From positions 1-34,828 of the forward strand of contig BTVJ01000077.1 in assembly GCA_045863395.1 (NCBI GenBank): 34,828 nt of DNA, written 5' to 3'. Source of the DNA: Myxococcales bacterium. Its GTDB lineage: Bacteria; Myxococcota_A; UBA9042; JABWCM01; BTVJ01. The notes beneath the pieces are model-generated. The model was given only the letters and a program-made list of their open reading frames with translations, was not told the origin of the DNA and made no database searches. The translations under genes and the position numbers were made by a program. Positions 29,276-34,828 of the stretch are shown one piece after another; the stretch's first letter is position 1, and each line of letters starts with the position of its first letter.

Positions 29276-30777
29276 GCGACGGGGCCCTCCGCAGTGATGG
29301 CCTCGAGAGGCGGCCTTCGGAACGCACCCCAGGCCAGCTCGTGCGCCTGCGCCGCACGAAGGACGGTCGCCTCGTCGAAGGGGCGCCCGAGGAGCTGGAG
29401 CCCGATGGGCAGCCCGCCCGAGAACCCGCAAGGCACGCTGATGCCAGGCAAGCCAGCGAGGTTGCAGGAGATCGTGAAGATGTCCATCAGGTACATCTGG
29501 AGCGGATCATCGATCCTGGCGCCGATGGGACACGCCACGATGGGCGACGTGGGGGTCGCGATGAGATCCACCTGCTCGAACGCCCGATCGAAGTCGCGGC
29601 GGATCAGCGTGCGGACCTTCTGTGCCTTGAGGTAGTAGGCGTCGTAGTAGCCGCTCGACAGGACGTAGGTGCCGAGCATGATGCGGCGCTTGACCTCGGC
29701 GCCGAAGCCCTCGCTGCGCGTCTGGAAGTACATCTCACGGACGTCCTCCTTGGCGCGTTCGGACGTGGCGCGGTGCCCATAGCGCACGCCGTCGTAGCGG
29801 GCCAGGTTGGACGACGCCTCCGCCGTCGCGATGACGTAATAGGTCGCGACGCAGTACTCGGTGTGGGGAAGTGACACCTCGACCAGCTCCGCGCCGGCTC
29901 GTTCGAGGCGGGCGATGCCCTCCCGGACGGCGGCGGCCACCTCCGCCTCGATCCCCTCGATGAAGTACTCTCGCGGGACACCGACCTTGAGACCGCGCAA
30001 GCCGTCGGCGCCGCTCCGCACGGCGTCGAGCAGATCCGGCACGTCCAGCGAGACGGAGGTGCTGTCCAGCGGGTCGTGCCCGCCGATGATCTGCAGAGCC
30101 AGGGCGACGTCTCCGACGGTTCGGCCGAAGGGCCCGATCTGATCGAGGCTCGACGCGAAGGCTACGGCACCGTAGCGGCTGACCCGGCCGTAGGTGGGCT
30201 TCATCCCGCACGTGCCTGTCAGGCTCGCGGGCTGGCGGATGGACCCACCGGTGTCCGTCCCGAGCGACAAGGCGGCCTGACCGGCGGCGACGGTCACCGC
30301 GGAGCCGCCGCTCGACCCGCCTGGGATCCTGGAGAGGTCCCACGGGTTGTGGCACGGCCAGAGGGCCGAGTTCTCCGTGGAGGACCCCATGGCGAACTCA
30401 TCCTGGTTCGTCTTCCCCACGATGACGGCGCCCGCGGCCCGCAGGCGTGCGACGACCGTGGCATCGTAGGGGGGCTCGAAGCCGGAGAGGATGCGACTCG
30501 CACAAGTCGTGGCCAGCCCCTGCGTAACGATCTGGTCCTTGATGGCCACTGGCACGCCAGCGAGGGGGCCCACCGACTCCCCTCGGGCGATGCGGGCGTC
30601 CACCGCGTCCGCCGCCGCCAGGGCACCGGGCCGGTCCAAACGCACGAAGGCCCCCAGGGCGCCGTCGAGGGCCTCCGCGTGATCGAGGGTCGCAGCCACG
30701 ACCTCCCGCGCCGACAGCTCTCGCCGCTGCACACGCGCGCCGATGGTCGACGCCGGCGCGAACAGGATCTCGTCCAT
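29272..30777 (-). CDS. gatA: Asp/Glu-tRNA amidotransferase subunit A
   Basis: Amidase signature [58 protein letters not shown]. Start ATG 30777 (alternative GTG 30786). Confidence 0.99.
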   Translation of the reverse strand: MDEILFAPASTIGARVQRRELSAREVVAATLDHAEALDGALGAFVRLDRPGALAAADAVDARIARGESVGPLAGVPVAIKDQIVTQGLATTCASRILSGFEPPYDATVVARLRAAGAVIVGKTNQDEFAMGSSTENSALWPCHNPWDLSRIPGGSSGGSAVTVAAGQAALSLGTDTGGSIRQPASLTGTCGMKPTYGRVSRYGAVAFASSLDQIGPFGRTVGDVALALQIIGGHDPLDSTSVSLDVPDLLDAVRSGADGLRGLKVGVPREYFIEGIEAEVAAAVREGIARLERAGAELVEVSLPHTEYCVATYYVIATAEASSNLARYDGVRYGHRATSERAKEDVREMYFQTRSEGFGAEVKRRIMLGTYVLSSGYYDAYYLKAQKVRTLIRRDFDRAFEQVDLIATPTSPIVACPIGARIDDPLQMYLMDIFTISCNLAGLPGISVPCGFSGGLPIGLQLLGRPFDEATVLRAAQAHELAWGAFRRPPLEAITAEGPVA

Positions 30778-30798
30778 ACCTTCCACCTCTCGATCAGC

Positions 30799-31083
30799 TC
30801 AGACGACCCGCGGGACGATGAACGTGAACTCGTCGCGCTCACGGGCATTGTGGAGGGCCTGCTTGCGCGTGAGGCTCGGGCGAGGCTCGTCGGGGCGCAG
30901 CGGCTGCGCTACGGGCACGGCGTGGGTCGTCGGCTCGACCCCGTGCGTGTCCAGGCGGTCGAGCTGATCCACGTACGCCAGGATCGCGTCGAGCTGACCC
31001 GCGAGGCGCTCGACCTCCGCTGGATCGAGGGCCAAGTGGGCGAGGCGTGCGATGCGGCGCACCTCATCCTCATCGATCTTCAT
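30799..31083 (-). CDS. gatC: Asp/Glu-tRNA amidotransferase subunit C
   Basis: EVRRIARLAHL...LDTHGVEPTTH...LRPDE...FIVPRVV; directly upstream of gatA. Confidence 0.97.
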   Translation of the reverse strand: MKIDEDEVRRIARLAHLALDPAEVERLAGQLDAILAYVDQLDRLDTHGVEPTTHAVPVAQPLRPDEPRPSLTRKQALHNARERDEFTFIVPRVV

Positions 31084-31131
31084 GCGTCACCGTCCAGGCT
31101 GGCAGGGCGCGCAGGGCGCCAGAGTGCCGGG

Positions 31132-31161
31132 ACGCTAGCACACGAGCTGGCGTAGCGGCAA
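31132..31161 (-). promoter_or_regulatory. Possible sigma70-type promoter of gatCAB
   Basis: Minus strand TTGCCG-N18-TAGCGT with an extended -10 TG, about 50 nt upstream of gatC. Confidence 0.45.
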
Positions 31162-31194
31162 GGCGCACGGGGCAAGCGTGGAGCCAAACGGGGG

Positions 31195-34100
31195 TCAGCC
31201 GCCGGTGGCGACGACCTGGATCCCTTGGAGCAGCGGCGTGGACTTGTTGTCTCCCGAGTTCAGCTTCACCTCGAGCTGGAAGTACGTGCCCTGGATGCTC
31301 CCGATGGTCTCCAGGTTGAAGGGCAGGAAGTTCGCCGGTGGCGAGGGGCCGTAGTCGGCAGACCAGGGGGCCGTCGCCAGGGCCGCCTGGGTGGCCGCGG
31401 TCCGGAAGCGGAAGGACACCCACGTCCCCGCCGGCGTCGTCGCCGTGATGTAGAGGAGCTTCCAGGTCGTGACCATCGTGGGCCAGCCGACGTAGGTCTT
31501 CGTGTAGGTCCCCTGCGGCGCCACCACCGTCTTGAGCGCGAAGCCCGCCATGTCGCTGTAGGTGTAGGGCGACGCTCCGACCGGGAACTCGCCAAGGATC
31601 TGCCCGGCGCCTGCCGGGTTGAGCTTGGTCGCGGTGGACGAGCACTGGTTGACGGCCCATAGGTTGCCGTCGAAGTCCAGCGTCAGCCCTACCGTTCCCT
31701 TCGTGCCACCCAGGTCGAAGCTGGCGGCGATGGCCATGGTGGACGCGTTGATCTTGCTGATCCAGCGAGCGACCGATGCGTTGCCGCAGTTGCCGTCCCA
31801 GGAGTGATGCGCCACATAGACGAAGCCATCGGTGCCCGCCGCCACGCCGCGGGTGTAGCCCTTGCCCGAGATGACCAGCTCGGTCGACGTGTTGTTGGTC
31901 GGGTTGAAGCGGACGATGCGCGATGACTCGCCGCTCGCCATCCACACGAAGCCGTTGGGGTCCACCGCGATGCCGTAGCCGTGGGTGAAGCCGCTCGGCA
32001 ATGTGAACGCCTGGGTCGCGAGCGTCGCGGTGTTCACGCGGACGAGGCGTGGGGCCGACCCGCCGTTGGTCCGCATGGAGATCCACAGGATCCCATTCGT
32101 GTCGAGCGCCATGCCGTAGGGGCTCGTGCCGGGAGCGATACCGAGCACGTTGACGACGGCCTCGGAAGCGCCCGTGGCCGGGTTCAGCCGCCGAACGTTG
32201 CGGCTCGACCAGAAGCCGACCCACGGCTTGTTGTCCTTGTCCACCGCCAGCGCACGCGCGCAGCCAACCGCCGCGCCGCATCCGCCGCTGCCGTCCGGAT
32301 AGGCGATCCAGGCGATGCACTCGTCCTGCCCAGCGGGCAGCTTCTCAGCCCCGGTGATCTTGCCGTCGCCGTTGGTGTCCGTGGACGTGTCGATCTTGCC
32401 GTTGCCGTTCTTGTCCACGCAGGTGTTCGGATCGATCAGGATCTTCGCGACGCCGCCGTCGTCACGACAGCCCACGTACACGTTGCCTTCCTTGTCGACG
32501 GCCGTGCGTGATGGGTTGGCGCACACCGTGTACCGCCCGAGCTCCAGGCCGGTCTTGGTGTTGAGCTTGGAGACGGTCCCCTCGCCGGAGTTGGCGATCC
32601 AGATGTTGTTGAACTGCAGCGACGACGAGTCCAGCACGATGTTGCCGTTCGGATCCGTGCCGACCCCGTTGATCTGTTCGGGGGCGGGGTTGAAGGGGCT
32701 GCCGTCCTGGAGCGTGCAGAGCTGCGTACAGCCGCCGCAGGGCGCCTGTACGCCCTCGTCGACCTGGCCGTCGCAGTTGTCGTCGATGTTGTTGCAGGCC
32801 TCTGCCTTGCCTGGGTAGATCTGGGCGTTGCCGTCATTGCAGTCGTTGCCACCGAAGGGGCACACCGGCGGGGTCCCCACGATCACCTTGGTCTTGTTGC
32901 AGTAGCCGTCACCGTCCTGGTCACAGGCCTCGTCGATGCCGTTGACGCAGTTGTTGTCCGTGCCGTCGCAGACCTCCACGGCGCCCGGGTGGCTCGATGC
33001 GTCGCCGTCGTTGCAGTCGCCGGCCACCGTCGTCGTGTACGGCGCGGACGCAGCGCAGAGGCACTTGGCATCGAAGGACAGGCCGAAGCCGTCGTCATCC
33101 AGGTCGCGGAAGTAGACGACGCAGCCCTGGGCGCTGGCCTCGTCCACCTGCCCGTCGCAGTTGTCGTCCTTGCCGTTGCACTTCTCGATGACGCCCGGGT
33201 ACACGGTCAGGTCGTTGTCCGCGCAGTCGCCCGGCAGGGTGCTGTCGTAGGGAGCGGCAGGCTGGCAGAGGCACTTCTTGCTCGACGTCACGCCGTACCC
33301 GTCGTCATCGGCATCCAGGAAGTACGTCGTACAGCCGCTTGACCCCTCCTCGTCGATCTGCCCGTTGCAGTTGTCGTCGAGCCCGTTGCACTGCTCACCC
33401 GCCCCTGGATGGATCAGCCCGTTGGCGTCATTGCAGTCATCGCCGACCGTCGCCTTGAAGTCGCCCGTCGGCGCGCAGAGGCACTGTGAGACGCCGAGCT
33501 TGCCGTGCCCGTCGTTGTCCTTGTCCTCATAGTACGCCAGGCAGCCGGTGGCCCCTACCTCGTCGACCAGACCGTCGCAGTCGTCGTCGACGCCATTGCA
33601 GACTTCAGTTGCGTTGGGGTTCACCGACGCGTTGCCGTCGTTGCAGTCGCCGCTGACGGCGACCATGCCCTGCCCCTGAGCGCACAGGCACGCCGCTCCA
33701 CTCGCCGCGCCGAAGGTGTCTCCGTCGACATCCGGATACCAGGTCGAGCAGCCCTGCGCCGCGCCCTCGTCGATCGCCCCATCGCAGTCGTCGTCCTTGC
33801 CGTTGCAGGCCTCGATGGCACCGGGGCTCACCGCCGGGTCCCCGTCATCGCAGTCGCCGCCCTTGTTGGCCACATACTGACCAACGCCCGCGCACAGGCA
33901 CTTGGAGTTCCCCGCAACACCCCAGGTATCCGCGTCCGCGTCCAGGTAGAAAGCGGAGCAACCCGTGGCGCCCTCGTTGTCCGCCACTCCGTCGCAGTCG
34001 TTGTCGATGCCGTCGCACTTCTCCGTCGCAGCGGGATTGACGGCCGGATCCGCGTCGTTGCAGTCGCCCGCCTGGGTGGCGCTGTAGACCCCCGTGGACT

Positions 34101-34828
34101 GGCACAGGCACAGCGGAGCGCCGCCAGCCTTGCCGTAGGCGTCGCCATCGACGTCTACGTGCCAGGTCGTGCAGCCCACGGCCCCGGCCTCGTCCGCCTG
34201 CCCATCGCAGTCATTGTCCTTCCCGTCGCAGATCTCGTCGGCGCCTGTGTAGATGGCCGGGTCCAGCGGCGCGCAGTCCGAGACATCCGGGTCGCCGTCC
34301 GAGTCGGAGTCCCCGTCGCAGACGTCTCCGATGCCATCTCCGTCGGCGTCGGCCTGCCCCGGGTTGAAGGCCAGCGGACAGTTGTCCAGCGCATCGGGGA
34401 TGCCGTCGTTGTCGTCGTCCGGGTCCACGCAGTCCTTGAACCCATCGTTGTCCGTGTCGAGGAAGGTCTCGTCGATGAGCCCGTTGCAGTTGTCGTCGAC
34501 GCCGTTGCACAGCTCCGACGCGCCGGGGAAGACCGCCGGGTCGAACGGTTTGCAGTCTGACGTGTTGGGGACCCCGTCGCCATCGGCGTCACCGTCGCAC
34601 TCGTCGCCGACCCCGTCTCCGTCCAGGTCGCCCTGGGTGACGTTGGCCACGAAGGGGCAGTTGTCCAGCGCGTCCGGGATGCCGTCGTTGTCGTCGTCCG
34701 GGTCCACGCAGTCCTTGATCCCGTCCCCGTCGGTGTCGATGAAGCCCTCGTCGATGAGGCCATTGCAGTTGTTGTCCACGCCGTCGCAGATCTCCAGCGC
34801 GCCGCTGTGGATCGCCTTGTCCAGAGGC
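31195..34828 (-). CDS. Large Cys/Asp-rich extracellular protein: TSP3-like and MopE-like (putative metal-binding) repeats, Vgb-like beta-propeller, C-terminal beta domain; 5' end outside the window
   Basis: Frame stays open to the window edge (PLDKAIHSGALEICDGVDNNCNG). Repeats DxDxDGIPDALDNCP and DCxDxxxxxxPGAxExCNGxDDxCDG; propeller blades IWIANSGEGTVSK, PSRTAVD, PYGMALD, YGIAVD, TRGVA, SPYTYSDM. Confidence 0.9.
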   Translation of the reverse strand, partial: PLDKAIHSGALEICDGVDNNCNGLIDEGFIDTDGDGIKDCVDPDDDNDGIPDALDNCPFVANVTQGDLDGDGVGDECDGDADGDGVPNTSDCKPFDPAVFPGASELCNGVDDNCNGLIDETFLDTDNDGFKDCVDPDDDNDGIPDALDNCPLAFNPGQADADGDGIGDVCDGDSDSDGDPDVSDCAPLDPAIYTGADEICDGKDNDCDGQADEAGAVGCTTWHVDVDGDAYGKAGGAPLCLCQSTGVYSATQAGDCNDADPAVNPAATEKCDGIDNDCDGVADNEGATGCSAFYLDADADTWGVAGNSKCLCAGVGQYVANKGGDCDDGDPAVSPGAIEACNGKDDDCDGAIDEGAAQGCSTWYPDVDGDTFGAASGAACLCAQGQGMVAVSGDCNDGNASVNPNATEVCNGVDDDCDGLVDEVGATGCLAYYEDKDNDGHGKLGVSQCLCAPTGDFKATVGDDCNDANGLIHPGAGEQCNGLDDNCNGQIDEEGSSGCTTYFLDADDDGYGVTSSKKCLCQPAAPYDSTLPGDCADNDLTVYPGVIEKCNGKDDNCDGQVDEASAQGCVVYFRDLDDDGFGLSFDAKCLCAASAPYTTTVAGDCNDGDASSHPGAVEVCDGTDNNCVNGIDEACDQDGDGYCNKTKVIVGTPPVCPFGGNDCNDGNAQIYPGKAEACNNIDDNCDGQVDEGVQAPCGGCTQLCTLQDGSPFNPAPEQINGVGTDPNGNIVLDSSSLQFNNIWIANSGEGTVSKLNTKTGLELGRYTVCANPSRTAVDKEGNVYVGCRDDGGVAKILIDPNTCVDKNGNGKIDTSTDTNGDGKITGAEKLPAGQDECIAWIAYPDGSGGCGAAVGCARALAVDKDNKPWVGFWSSRNVRRLNPATGASEAVVNVLGIAPGTSPYGMALDTNGILWISMRTNGGSAPRLVRVNTATLATQAFTLPSGFTHGYGIAVDPNGFVWMASGESSRIVRFNPTNNTSTELVISGKGYTRGVAAGTDGFVYVAHHSWDGNCGNASVARWISKINASTMAIAASFDLGGTKGTVGLTLDFDGNLWAVNQCSSTATKLNPAGAGQILGEFPVGASPYTYSDMAGFALKTVVAPQGTYTKTYVGWPTMVTTWKLLYITATTPAGTWVSFRFRTAATQAALATAPWSADYGPSPPANFLPFNLETIGSIQGTYFQLEVKLNSGDNKSTPLLQGIQVVATGG
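34381..34790. repeat. Internal 279-bp-period (93-aa) duplication in the repeat protein
   Basis: 43-nt identical core gggatgccgtcgttgtcgtcgtccgggtccacgcagtccttga at 34397-34439 and 34676-34718, with similar flanks. Confidence 0.9.

Noticed and set aside
26790..29431. Extended ORF-track starts for mtnA (28403) and gatB (29431), suggesting N-terminal fusions
   Set aside because: The extensions overlap the upstream genes out of frame; family-typical starts coincide with ATGA overlaps at 27833 and 29275.

Overview
A 34.8 kb high-GC bacterial window, most likely from a myxobacterium or a related deltaproteobacterium; this is inferred from the Agl/Glt-type genes, the short OPX plus beta-barrel pair and a Cys/Asp-rich repeat protein. 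Every supportable gene is on the minus strand. In transcription order (right to left): a 5'-truncated repeat and beta-propeller surface protein; gatC-gatA-gatB-mtnA-EVE; rplU-rpmA-obgE; an Agl-Glt-like trans-envelope motor cluster (secreted hypothetical, GltC-, GltD-, GltE-, GltF-like, AglR-like MotA/TolQ/ExbB, two ExbD/TolR-like proteins, a ~750 bp gap, GltG-like TonB-C protein); a polysaccharide export module (secreted hypothetical, outer-membrane beta-barrel, short OPX/Wza, Wzc); then dnaK-dnaJ-LpoA/LppC-like lipoprotein-thiL (3'-truncated). The best candidate for an undescribed system is the motor cluster. It carries its own stator, lacks the usual gliding outer-membrane and cytoplasmic platform genes, and abuts the export module, suggesting PMF-driven polysaccharide export or surface spreading. 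Notable details are Ala in place of the conserved proton-binding Asp in one ExbD-like subunit, a four-Cys segment in the other, and a hairpin-rich leader before gltG. No rRNA, tRNA, CRISPR array or mobile element was seen. All calls rest on motif reading and recalled family knowledge; no search was run.
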